Source of the DNA: Eledone cirrhosa
Taxonomy: Eukaryota
NCBI GenBank assembly: GCA_964016885.1
Contig: OZ024753.1
Coordinates: 28,396,001-28,460,000, forward strand
DNA length: 64,000 nt
Direction of reading: 5' to 3'
The notes under the pieces are model-generated. The model was not told the DNA's origin and made no database searches. It worked only from the letters and a program-made list of their open reading frames with translations. Shown one piece after another: positions 26,301 to 39,821 of this stretch; position 1 is the first letter of the stretch, and the number at the start of each line of letters is the position of its first letter. A program made the position numbers and the translations under genes.

Positions 26301-28730
26301 ATGGGCCTTGGTTACAAAAGAGAGCTCTATATAATTATTACTGCCAGACAGTCACTCATGTATGGGCCTTGGTAGTTACAAAAGAGAGCTCTATATAATT
26401 GTTACTGGCAGATAGTCACTCATGTATGGGCCTTGGTAGTTACAAAAGAGAGCTCTATATAATTATTACTGCCAGACAGTCACTCATGTATGGGCCTTGG
26501 TAGTTACAAAAGAGAGCTCTATATAATTGTTACTGCCAGACAGTCACTCATGTATAGGCCTTGGTAGTTACAAAAGGGAGCTCTATATAATTATTACTTC
26601 CAGACAGTCACTCATGTATGGGCCTTGGTAGTTACAAAAGACAGCTCTATATAATTATTACTGCCAGACAGTCACTCATGTAAGGGCATTGGTAGTTACA
26701 AAAGACAGCTCTATATAATTGTTACTGCCAGACAGTCACTAATGTATAGGCCTTAGTAGTTACAAAAGAGAGTTCTATATAATTATTACTGCCAGACAGT
26801 CACTCATGTATGGGCCTTGGTAGTTACAAAAGAGAGCTCTATATAATTATTACTGCCAGACAGTCACTCATGTATGGGCCTTGGTAGTTACAAAAGAGAG
26901 CTCTATATAATTATTACTGCCAGACAGTCACTCATGTATGGGCCTTGGTAGTTACAAAAGAGAGCTCTATATAATTGTTACTGGCAGATAGTCACTCATG
27001 TATGGGCCTTGGTAGTTACAAAAGAGAGCTCTATATAATTATTACTGCCAGACAGTCACTCATGTATGGGCCTTGGTAGTTACAAAAGAGAGCTCTATAT
27101 AATTATTACTGCCAGACAGTCACTCATGTATAGGCCTTGGTAGTTACAAAAGAGAGCTCTATATAATTATTACTGCCAGACAGACACACATGTATGGGCC
27201 TTGGCAGTTACAAAAGACAGCTCTATATAATTATTACTGCCAGACAGTCACTCATGTATGGGCCTTGGTAGTTACAAAAGAGAGCTCTATATAATTATTA
27301 CTGCCAGACATTCACTCATGTATGGGCCTTGTTAGTTACAAAAGAGAGCTCTATATAATTGTTACTGCCAGACGGTCACTCATGTATGTGCCTTGTTATT
27401 TACAAAAGAGAGCTCTATATAATTATTACTGCCAGACAGTCACTCATGTATGGCCCTTGGTAGTTACAAAAGAGAGCTCTATATAATTGTTACTGCCAGA
27501 CAGTCACTCATGTATGGGCCTTGGTAGTGACAAAAGAGAGCTCTATATAATTGTTACTGCCAGACAGTCACTCATGTATAGGCCTTGGTAGTTACAAAAG
27601 GGAGCTCTATATAATTATTACTGCCAGACAGTCACTCATGTATGGGCCTTGGTAGTTACAAAAGACAGCTCTATATAATTATTACTGCCAGACAGTCACT
27701 CATGTAAGGGCATTGGTAGTTACAAAAGACAGCTCTATATAATTGTTACTGCCAGACAGTCACTAATGTATAGGCCTTAGTAGTTACAAAAGAGAGTTCT
27801 ATATAATTATTACTGCCAGACAGTCACTCATGTATGGGCCTTGGTAGTTACAAAAGAGAGCTCTATATAATTGTTACTGCCAGACAGTCACTCATGTATG
27901 GGCCTTGGTTACAAAAGAGAGCTCTATATAATTATTACTGCCAGACAGTCACTCATGTATGGGCCTTGGTAGTTACAAAAGAGAGCTCTATATAATTGTT
28001 ACTGGCAGATAGTCACTCATGTATGGGCCTTGGTAGTTACAAAAGAGAGATCTATATAATTATTACTGCCAGACAGTCACTCATGTATGGGCCTTGGTAG
28101 TTACAAAAGAGAGCTCTATATAATTGTTACTGCCAGACAGTCATTCAGGTATAGGCCTTGGTAGTTACAAAAGGGAGCTCTATATAATTATTACTGCCAG
28201 ACAGTCACTCATGTATGGGCCTTGGTAGTTACAAAAGACAGCACTATATAATTATTACTGCCAGACAGTCACTCATGTAAGGGCATTGGTAGTTACAAAA
28301 GACAGCTCTATATAATTATTACTGCCAGACAGTCACTAATGTATAGGCCTTAGTAGTTACAAAAGAGAGTTCTATATAATTATTACTGCCAGACAGTCAC
28401 TCATGTATGGGCCTTGGTAGTTACAAAAGAGAGCTCTATATAATTGTTACTGCCAGACAGTCACTCATGTATGGGCCTTGGTAGTTACAAAAGAGAGCTC
28501 TATATAATTATTACTGCCAGACAGTCACTCATGTATGGGCCTTGGTAGTTACAAAAGAGAGCTCTATATAATTGTTACTGGCAGATAGTCACTCATGTAT
28601 GGGCCTTGGTAGTTACAAAAGAGAGCTCTATATAATTATTACTGCCAGACAGTCACTCATGTATGGGCCTTGGTAGTTACAAAAGAGAGCTCTATATAAT
28701 TATTACTGCCAGACAGTCACTCATGTATAG
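20330..28730 (+). repeat. Block duplication, offset 5113 bp (80 monomers - 7 nt): ~20330-23615 repeated at ~25445-28730
   Basis: GACTCAT 20731/25844, GTATGTG 22271/27384, TCAGGTA 23032/28145. The offset becomes 5177 (one extra monomer) at AAGCGAGTTA 23634/28811. Confidence 0.85.
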
Positions 28731-31700
28731 GCCTTGGTAGTTACAAAAGAGAGCTCTATATAATTATTACTGCCAGACAGTCACTCATGTATAGGCATTG
28801 GTAGTTACAAAAGCGAGTTATATATAATTATTACTGCCAGACAGTCACTCATGTATGGGCCTTGGTAGTTACAAAAGACAGCTCTATATAATTATTACTG
28901 CCAGACAGTCACTCATGTATGGGCCTTGGTAGTTACAAAAGAGAGTTCTATATAATTATTACTGCCAGACAGTCACTCATGTATAGGCATTGGTAGTTAC
29001 AAAAGAGAGCTCTATATAATTATTACTGCCAGACAGTTACTCATGTATGAGCCTTGGTAGTTACAAAAGAGAGCTCTATAAAATTATTACTGCCAGACAG
29101 TCACTCATGTATGGGCCTTGGTAGTTAAAAAAGAGAGCTCTATATAATTATTACTGCCAGACAGTCACTCATGTATGGGCCTTGGTAGTTACAAAAGAGA
29201 GCTCTATATAATTATTACTGCCAGACAGTCACTCATGTACAGGCCTTGGTAGTTACAAAAGGGAGCTCTATATAATTATTACTGCCAGACAGTCACTCAT
29301 GTATAGGGCTTGGTAGTTACAAAAGAGAGCTCTATATAATTATTACTGCCACACAGTCACTCATGTATGGGCCTTGGTAGTTACAAAAGACAGCTCTATA
29401 TAATTATTACTGCCAGACAGTCACTCATGTATGGGCCTTGGTAGTTACAAAAGAGAGCTCTATATAATTATTACTGCCAGACAGTCACTCATGTATGGGC
29501 CTTGGTAGTTACAAAAGAGAGCTCTATATAATTATTACTGCCAGACAGTCACTCATGTATGGGCCTTGGTAGTTACAAAAGACAGCTCTATATAACTATT
29601 ACTGCCAGACAGTCACTCATGTATGGGCCTTGGTAGTTACAAAAGGGAGCTCTATATAATTATTACTGCCAGACACTCACTCATGTATGGGCCTTGAAAG
29701 TTACAAAGACAGCTCTATATAATTATTACTGCCAGACATTCACTCATGTATGGGCCTTGTTAGTTACAAAAGAGAGCTCTATATAATTATTACTGCCAGA
29801 CAGTCACTCATGTATAGGCCTTGGTAGTTACAAAAGAGAGCTCTATATAATTATTACTGCCACACAGTCACTCATGTATGGGCCTTGGTAGTTACAAAAG
29901 ACAGCTCTATATAATTATTACTGCCAGACAGTCACTCATGTATGGGCCTTGGTAGTTACAAAAAAGAGCTCTATATAATTATTACTGCCAGACAGTCACT
30001 CATGTATGGGCCTTGGTAGTTATAAAAGAGAGCTCTATATAATTATTACTGCCAGACAGTCACTCATGTATGGGCCTTGGTAGTTACAAAAGACAGCTCT
30101 ATATAATTATTACTGCCAGACAGACACACATGTATGGGCCTTGGCAGTTACAAAAGACAGCTCTATATAATTATTACTGCCAGACAGTCACTCATGTATG
30201 GGCCTTGGTAGTTACAAAAGAGAGCTCTATATAATTATTACTGCCAGACATTCACTCATGTATGGGCCTTGTTAGTTACAAAAGAGAGCTCTATATAATT
30301 GTTACTGCCAGACGGTCACTCATGTATGGGCCTTGTTATTTACAAAAGTGAGCTCTATATAATTATTACTGCCAGACAGTCACTCATGTATGGGCCTTGG
30401 TAGTTACAAAAGAGAGCTCTATATAATTGTTACTGCCAGACAGTCACTCATGTATGGGCCTTGGTAGTTACAAAAGAGAGCTCTATATAATTGTTACAGC
30501 CAGACAGTCACTCATGTATAGGCCTTGGTAGTTACAAAAGGGAGCTCTATATAATTATTACTGCCAGACAGTCACTCATGTATGGGCCTTGGTAGTTACA
30601 AAAGACAGCTCTATATAATTATTACTGCCAGACAGTCACTCATGTAAGGGCATTGGTAGTTACAAAAGACAGCTCTATATAATTGTTACTGCCAGACAGT
30701 CACTAATGTATAGGCCTTAGTAGTTACAAAAGAGAGTTCTATATAATTATTACTGCCAGACAGTCACTCATGTATGGGCCTTGGTAGTTACAAAAGAGAG
30801 CTCTATATAATTGTTACTGCCAGACAGTCACTCATGTATGGGCCTTGGTTACAAAAGAGAGCTCTATATAATTATTACTGCCAGCCAGTCACTCATGTAT
30901 GGGCCTTGGTAGTTACAAAAGAGAGCTCTATATAATTATTACTGCCAGACAGTCACTCATGTATGGGCCTTGGTAGTTACAAAAGAGAGCTCTATATAAT
31001 TGTTACTGCCAGACAGTCACTCATGTATAGGCCTTGGTAGTTACAAAAGGGAGCTCTATATAATTATTACTTCCAGACAGTCACTCATGTATGGGCCTTG
31101 GTAGTTACAAAAGACAGCTCTATATAATTATTACTGCCAGACAGTCACTCATGTAAGGGCATTGGTAGTTACAAAAGACAGCTCTATATAATTGTTACTG
31201 CCAGACAGTCACTAATGTATAGGCCTTAGTAGTTACAAAAGAGAGTTCTATATAATTATTACTGCCAGACAGTCACTCATGTATGGGCCTTGGTAGTTAC
31301 AAAAGAGAGCTCTATATAATTATTACTGCCAGACAGTCACTCATGTATGGGCCTTGGTAGTTACAAAAGAGAGCTCTATATAATTATTACTGCCAGACAG
31401 TCACTCATGTATGGGCCTTGGTAGTTACAAAAGAGAGCTCTATATAATTGTTACTGGCAGATAGTCACTCATGTATGGGCCTTGGTAGTTACAAAAGAGA
31501 GCTCTATATAATTATTACTGCCAGACAGTCACTCATGTATGGGCCTTGGTAGTTACAAAAGAGAGCTCTATATAATTATTACTGCCAGACAGTCACTCAT
31601 GTATAGGCCTTGGTAGTTACAAAAGAGAGCTCTATATAATTATTACTGCCAGACAGACACACATGTATGGGCCTTGGCAGTTACAAAAGACAGCTCTATA

Positions 31701-33009
31701 TAATTATTACTGCCAGACAGTCACTCATGTATGGGCCTTGGTAGTTACAAAAGAGAGCTCTATATAATTATTACTGCCAGACATTCACTCATGTATGGGC
31801 CTTGTTAGTTACAAAAGAGAGCTCTATATAATTGTTACTGCCAGACGGTCACTCATGTATGTGCCTTGTTATTTACAAAAGAGAGCTCTATATAATTATT
31901 ACTGCCAGACAGTCACTCATGTATGGCCCTTGGTAGTTACAAAAGAGAGCTCTATATAATTGTTACTGCCAGACAGTCACTCATGTATGGGCCTTGGTAG
32001 TTACAAAAGAGAGCTCTATATAATTATTACTGCCAGACAGTCACTCATGTATAGGCCTTGGTAGTTACAAAAGGGAGCTCTATATAATTATTACTGCCAG
32101 ACAGTCACTCATGTATGGGCCTTGGTAGTTACAAAAGACAGCTCTATATAATTATTACTGCCAGACAGTCACTCATGTAAGGGCATTGGTAGTTACAAAA
32201 GACAGCTCTATATAATTGTTACTGCCAGACAGTCACTAATGTATAGGCCTTAGTAGTTACAAAAGAGAGTTCTATATAATTATTACTGCCAGACAGTCAC
32301 TCATGTATGGGCCTTGGTAGTTACAAAAGAGAGCTCTATATAATTGTTACTGCCAGACAGTCACTCATGTATGGGCCTTGGTTACAAAAGAGAGCTCTAT
32401 ATAATTATTACTGCCAGACAGTCACTCATGTATGGGCCTTGGTAGTTACAAAAGAGAGCTCTATATAATTGTTACTGGCAGACAGTCACTCATGTATGGG
32501 CCTTGGTAGTTACAAAAGAGAGCTCTATATAATTGTTACTGCCAGACAGTCACTCAGGTATAGGCCTTGGTAGTTACAAAAGGGAGCTCTATATAATTAT
32601 TACTGCCAGACAGTCACTCATGTATGGGCCTTGGTAGTTACAAAAGACAGCACTATATAATTATTACTGCCAGACAGTCACTCATGTAAGGGCATTGGTA
32701 GTTACAAAAGACAGCTCTATATAATTATTACTGCCAGACAGTCACTAATGTATAGGCCTTAGTAGTTACAAAAGAGAGTTCTATATAATTATTACTGCCA
32801 GACAGTCACTCATGTATGGGCCTTGGTAGTTACAAAAGAGAGCTCTATATAATTGTTACTGCCAGACAGTCACTCATGTATGGGCCTTGGTAGTTACAAA
32901 AGAGAGCTCTATATAATTATTACTGCCAGACAGTCACTCATGTATGGGCCTTGGTAGTTACAAAAGAGAGCTCTATATAATTGTTACTGGCAGATAGTCA
33001 CTCATGTAT

Positions 33010-36000
33010 GGGCCTTGGTAGTTACAAAAGAGAGCTCTATATAATTATTACTGCCAGACAGTCACTCATGTATGGGCCTTGGTAGTTACAAAAGAGAGCT
33101 CTATATAATTATTACTGCCAGACAGTCACTCATGTATAGGCCTTTGTAGTTACAAAAGAGAGCTCTATATAATTATTACTGCCAGACAGTCACTCATGTA
33201 TAGGCATTGGTAGTTACAAAAGCGAGTTATATATAATTATTACTGCCAGACAGTCACTCATGTATGGGCCTTGGTAGTTACAAAAGACAGCTCTATATAA
33301 TTATTACTGCCAGACAGTCACTCATGTATGGGCCTTGGTAGTTACAAAAGAGAGTTCTATATAATTATTACTGCCAGACAGTCACTCATGTATAGGCATT
33401 GGTAGTTACAAAAGAGAGCTCTATATAATTATTACTGCCAGACAGTCACTCATGTATGAGCCTTGGTAGTTACAAAAGAGAGCTCTATAAAATTATTACT
33501 GCCAGACAGTCACTCATGTATGGGCCTTGGTAGTTAAAAAAGAGAGCTCTATATAATTATTACTGCCAGACAGTCACTCATGTATGGGCCTTGGTAGTTA
33601 CAAAAGAGAGCTCTATATAATTATTACTGCCAGACAGTCACTCATGTACAGGCCTTGGTGGTTACAAAAGGGAGCTCTATATAATTATTACTGCCAGACA
33701 GTCACTCATGTATAGGGCTTGGTAGTTACAAAAGAGAGCTCTATATAATTATTACTGCCACACAGTCACTCATGTATGGGCCTTGGTAGTTACAAAAGAC
33801 AGCTCTATATAATTATTACTGCCAGACAGTCACTCATGTATGGGCCTTGGTAGTTACAAAAGAGAGCTCTATATAATTATTACTGCCAGACAGTCACTCA
33901 TGTATGGGCCTTGGTAGTTACAAAAGAGAGCTCTATATAATTATTACTGCCAGACAGTCACTCATGTATGGGCCTTGGTAGTTACAAAAGACAGCTCTAT
34001 ATAACTATTACTGCCAGACAGTCACTCATGTATGGGCCTTGGTAGTTACAAAAGGGAGCTCTATATAATTATTACTGCCAGACACTCACTCATGTATGGG
34101 CCTTGAAAGTTACAAAGACAGCTCTATATAATTATTACTGCCAGACATTCACTCATGTATGGGCCTTGTTAGTTACAAAAGAGAGCTCTATATAATTATT
34201 ACTGCCAGACAGTCACTCATGTATAGGCCTTGGTAGTTACAAAAGGGAGCTCTATATAATTATTATTGCCAGACAGTCACTCATGTATAGGTCTTGGTAG
34301 TTACAAAAGAGAGCTCTATATAATTATTACTGCCACACAGTCACTCATGTATGGGCCTTGGTAGTTACAAAAGACAGCTCTATATAATTATTACTGCCAG
34401 ACAGTCACTCATGTATGGGCCTTGGTAGTTACAAAAAAGAGCTCTATATAATTATTACTGCCAGACAGTCACTCATGTATGGGCCTTGGTAGTTATAAAA
34501 GAGAGCTCTATATAATTATTACTGCCAGACAGTCACTCATGTATGGGCCTTGGTAGTTACAAAAGAGAGCTCTATATAATTATTACTGCCAGACAGTCAC
34601 TCATGTATGGGCCTTGGTAGTTACAAAAGAGAGCTCTATATAATTATTACTGCCAGACAGTCACTCATGTATGGGCCTTGGTAGTTACAAAAGACAGCTC
34701 TATATAATTATTACTGCCAGACAGACACACATGTATGGGCCTTGGCAGTTACAAAAGACAGCTCTATATAATTATTACTGCCAGACAGTCACTCATGTAT
34801 GGGCCTTGGTAGTTACAAAAGAGAGCTCTATATAATTATTACTGCCAGACATTCACTCATGTATGGGCCTTGTTAGTTACAAAAGAGAGCTCTATATAAT
34901 TGTTACTGCCAGACGGTCACTCATGTATGGGCCTTGTTATTTACAAAAGAGAGCTCTATATAATTATTACTGCCAGACAGTCACTCATGTATGGGCCTTG
35001 GTAGTTACAAAAGAGAGCTCTATATAATTGTTACTGCCAGACAGTCACTCATGTATGGGCCTTGGTAGTTACAAAAGAGAGCTCTATATAATTGTTACTG
35101 CCAGACAGTCACTCATGTATAGGCCTTGGTAGTTACAAAAGGGAGCTCTATATAATTATTACTGCCAGACAGTCACTCATGTATAGGCCTTGGTAGTTAC
35201 AAAAGAGAGCTCTATATAATTATTACTGCCAGACAGTCACTCATGTATGGGCCTTGGTAGTTACAAAAGACAGCTCTATATAATTATTACTGCCAGACAG
35301 TCACTCATGTATGGGCCTTGGTAGTTACAAAAGAGAGCTCTATATAATTATTACTGCCAGACAGTCACTCATGTATGGGCCTTGGTAGTTACAAAAGACA
35401 GCTCTATATAATTATTACTGCCAGACAGTCACTCATGTATAGGCTTTGGTAGTTACAAAAGGGAGCTCTATATAATTATTACTGCCAGACAGTCACTCAT
35501 GTATAGGCCTTGGTAGTTACAAAAGAGAGCTCTATATAATTATTACTGCCAGACGGTCACTCATGTATGGGCCTTGGTAGTTACAAAAGAGAGCTCTATA
35601 TAATTATTACTGCCAGGCAGTCACTCATGTATGGGCCTTGGTAGTTACAAAAGACAGCTCTATATAATTATTACTGCCAGACAGTCACTCATGTATGGGC
35701 CTTGGTAGTTACAAAAGAGAGCTCTATATAATTATTACTGCCAGACAGTCACTCATGTATAGGCCTTGGTAGTTACAAAAGGGAGCTCTATATAATTATT
35801 ACTGCCAGACAGTCACTCATGTATAGGCATTGGTAGTTACAAAAGAGAGCTCTATATAATTATTACTGCCAGACAGTCACTCATGTATGGGCCTTGGTAG
35901 TTACAAAAGACAGCTCTATATAATTATTACTGCCAGACAGTGACTCATGTATGGGCCTTGGTAGTTACAAAAGAGAGCTCTATATAATTATTACTGCCAG

Positions 36001-39000
36001 ACAGTCACTCTTGTATAGGCCTTGGTAGTTACAAAAGGGAGCTCTATATAATTATTACTGCCAGAAAGTCACTCATGTATAGGCCTTGGTAGTTAAAAAA
36101 GAGAGCTCTATATAATTATTACTGCCACACAGTCACTCATGTATGGGCCTTGGTAGTTACAAAAGACAGCTCTATATAATTATTACTGCCAGACAGTCAC
36201 TCATGTAGTGGCCTTGGTAGTTACAAAAGAGAGCTCTATATAATTATTACTGCCAGACAGTCACTCATGTATGGGCCTTGGTAGTTACAAAAGAGAGCTC
36301 TATATAATTAATACTGCCAGACAGTCACTCATGTATGGGCCTTGGTAGTTACAAAAGACAGCTCTATATAATTATTACTGCCAGACAGTCACTCATGTAT
36401 GGGCCTTGGTAGTTACAAAAGAGAGCTCTATATAATTATTACTGCCAGACAGTCACTCATGTATGGGCCTTGGTAGTTACAAAAGAGAGCTCTATATAAT
36501 TATTACTGCCAGACAGTCACTCATGTATAGGCCTTGGTAGTTACAAAAGGGAGCTCTATATAATTATTACTGCCAGACAGTCACTCATGTATAGGTCTTG
36601 GTAGTTACAAAAGAGAGCTCTATATAATTATTACTGAAACACAGTCACTCATGTATGGGCCTTGGTAGTTACAAAAGAGAGCTCTATATAATTGTTACTG
36701 CCAGACAGTCACTCAGGTATAGGCCTTGGTAGTTACAAAAGGGAGCTCTATATAATTATTACTGCCAGACAGTCACTCATGTATGGGCCTTGGTAGTTAC
36801 AAAAGACAGCACTATATAATTATTACTGCCAGACAGTCACTCATGTAAGGGCATTGGTAGTTACAAAAGACAGCTCTATATAATTATTACTGCCAGACAG
36901 TCACTAATGTATAGGCCTTAGTAGTTACAAAAGAGAGTTCTATATAATTATTACTGCCAGACAGTCACTCATGTATGGGCCTTGGTAGTTACAAAAGAGA
37001 GCTCTATATAATTGTTACTGCCAGACAGTCACTCATGTATGGGCCTTGGTAGTTACAAAAGAGAGCTCTATATAATTATTACTGCCAGACAGTCACTCAT
37101 GTATGGGCCTTGGTAGTTACAAAAGAGAGCTCTATATAATTATTACTGCCAGACAGTCACTCATGTATAGGCCTTTGTAGTTACAAAAGAGAGCTCTATA
37201 TAATTATTACTGCCAGACAGTCACTCATGTATAGGCATTGGTAGTTACAAAAGCGAGTTATATATAATTATTACTGCCAGACAGTCACTCATGTATGGGC
37301 CTTGGTAGTTACAAAAGACAGCTCTATATAATTATTACTGCCAGACAGTCACTCATGTATGGGCCTTGGTAGTTACAAAAGAGAGTTCTATATAATTATT
37401 ACTGCCAGACAGTCACTCATGTATAGGCATTGGTAGTTACAAAAGAGAGCTCTATATAATTATTACTGCCAGACAGTCACTCATGTATGAGCCTTGGTAG
37501 TTACAAAAGAGAGCTCTATAAAATTATTACTGCCAGACAGTCACTCATGTATGGGCCTTGGTAGTTAAAAAAGAGAGCTCTATATAATTATTACTGCCAG
37601 ACAGTCACTCATGTATGGGCCTTGGTAGTTACAAAAGAGAGCTCTATATAATTATTACTGCCAGACAGTCACTCATGTACAGGCCTTGGTGGTTACAAAA
37701 GGGAGCTCTATATAATTATTACTGCCAGATAGTCACTCATGTATAGGGCTTGGTAGTTACAAAAGAGAACTCTATATAATTATTACTGCCACACAGTCAC
37801 TCATGTATGGGCCTTGGTAGTTACAAAAGACAGCTCTATATAATTATTACTGCCAGACAGTCACTCATGTATGGGCCTTGGTAGTTACAAAAGAGAGCTC
37901 TATATAATTATTACTGCCAGACAGTCACTCATGTATGGGCCTTGGTAGTTACAAAAGAGAGCTCTATATAATTATTACTGCCAGACAGTCACTCATGTAT
38001 GGGCCTTGGTAGTTACAAAAGACAGCTCTATATAACTATTACTGCCAGACAGTCACTCATGTATGGGCCTTGGTAGTTACAAAAGGGAGCTCTATATAAT
38101 TATTACTGCCAGACACTCACTCATGTATGGGCCTTGAAAGTTACAAAGACAGCTCTATATAATTATTACTGCCAGACATTCACTCATGTATGGGCCTTGT
38201 TAGTTACAAAAGAGAGCTCTATATAATTATTACTGCCAGACAGTCACTCATGTATAGGCCTTGGTAGTTACAAAAGGGAGCTCTATATAATTATTATTGC
38301 CAGACAGTCACTCATGTATAGGTCTTGGTAGTTACAAAAGAGAGCTCTATATAATTATTACTGCCACACAGTCACTCATGTATGGGCCTTGGTAGTTACA
38401 AAAGACAGCTCTATATAATTATTACTGCCAGACAGTCACTCATGTATGGGCCTTGGTAGTTACAAAAAAGAGCTCTATATAATTATTACTGCCAGACAGT
38501 CACTCATGTATGGGCCTTGGTAGTTATAAAAGAGAGCTCTATATAATTATTACTGCCAGACAGTCACTCATGTATGGGCCTTGGTAGTTACAAAAGACAG
38601 CTCTATATAATTATTACTGCCAGACAGTCACTCATGTATGGGCCTTGGTAGTTACAAAAGAGAGCTCTATATAATTATTACTGCCAGACAGTCACTCATG
38701 TATGGGCCTTGGTAGTTACAAAAGACAGCTCTATATAATTATTACTGCCAGACAGACACACATGTATGGGCCTTGGCAGTTACAAAAGACAGCTCTATAT
38801 AATTATTACTGCCAGACAGTCACTCATGTATGGGCCTTGGTAGTTACAAAAGAGAGCTCTATATAATTATTACTGCCAGACATTCACTCATGTATGGGCC
38901 TTGTTAGTTACAAAAGAGAGCTCTATATAATTGTTACTGCCAGACGGTCACTCATGTATGGGCCTTGTTATTTACAAAAGAGAGCTCTATATAATTATTA

Positions 39001-39210
39001 CTGCCAGACAGTCACTCATGTATGGGCCTTGGTAGTTACAAAAGAGAGCTCTATATAATTGTTACTGCCAGACAGTCACTCATGTATGGGCCTTGGTAGT
39101 TACAAAAGAGAGCTCTATATAATTGTTACTGCCAGACAGTCACTCATGTATAGGCCTTGGTAGTTACAAAAGGGAGCTCTATATAATTATTACTGCCAGA
39201 CAGTCACTCA
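33010..39210 (+). repeat. Block duplication, offset 4031 bp (63 monomers - 1 nt): ~33010-35180 repeated at ~37040-39210
   Basis: Rare markers CCTTTGTAG 33141/37172, GGCCTTGGTGG 33651/37682, TATTATTGCC 34261/38292. Confidence 0.85.
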
Positions 39211-39821
39211 TTTATGGGCCTTGGTAGTTACAAAAGACAGCTCTATATAATTATTACTGCCAGACAGTCACTCATGTAAGGGCATTGGTAGTTACAAAAG
39301 ACAGCTCTATATAATTGTTACTGCCAGACAGTCACTAATGTATAGGCCTTAGTAGTTACAAAAGAGAGTTCTATATAATTATTACTGCCAGACAGTCACT
39401 CATGTATGGGCCTTGGTAGTTACAAAAGAGAGCTCTATATAATTGTTACTGCCAGACAGTCACTCATGTATGGGCCTTGGTTACAAAAGAGAGCTCTATA
39501 TAATTATTACTGCCAGCCAGTCACTCATGTATGGGCCTTGGTAGTTACAAAAGAGAGCTCTATATAATTGTTACTGGCAGATAGTCACTCATGTATGGGC
39601 CTTGGTAGTTACAAAAGAGAGCTCTATATAATTATTACTGCCAGACAGTCACTCATGTATGGGCCTTGGTAGTTACAAAAGAGAGCTCTATATAATTGTT
39701 ACTGCCAGACAGTCACTCATGTATAGGCCTTGGTAGTTACAAAAGGGAGCTCTATATAATTATTACTGCCAGACAGTCACTCATGTATGGGCCTTGGTAG
39801 TTACAAAAGACAGCTCTATAT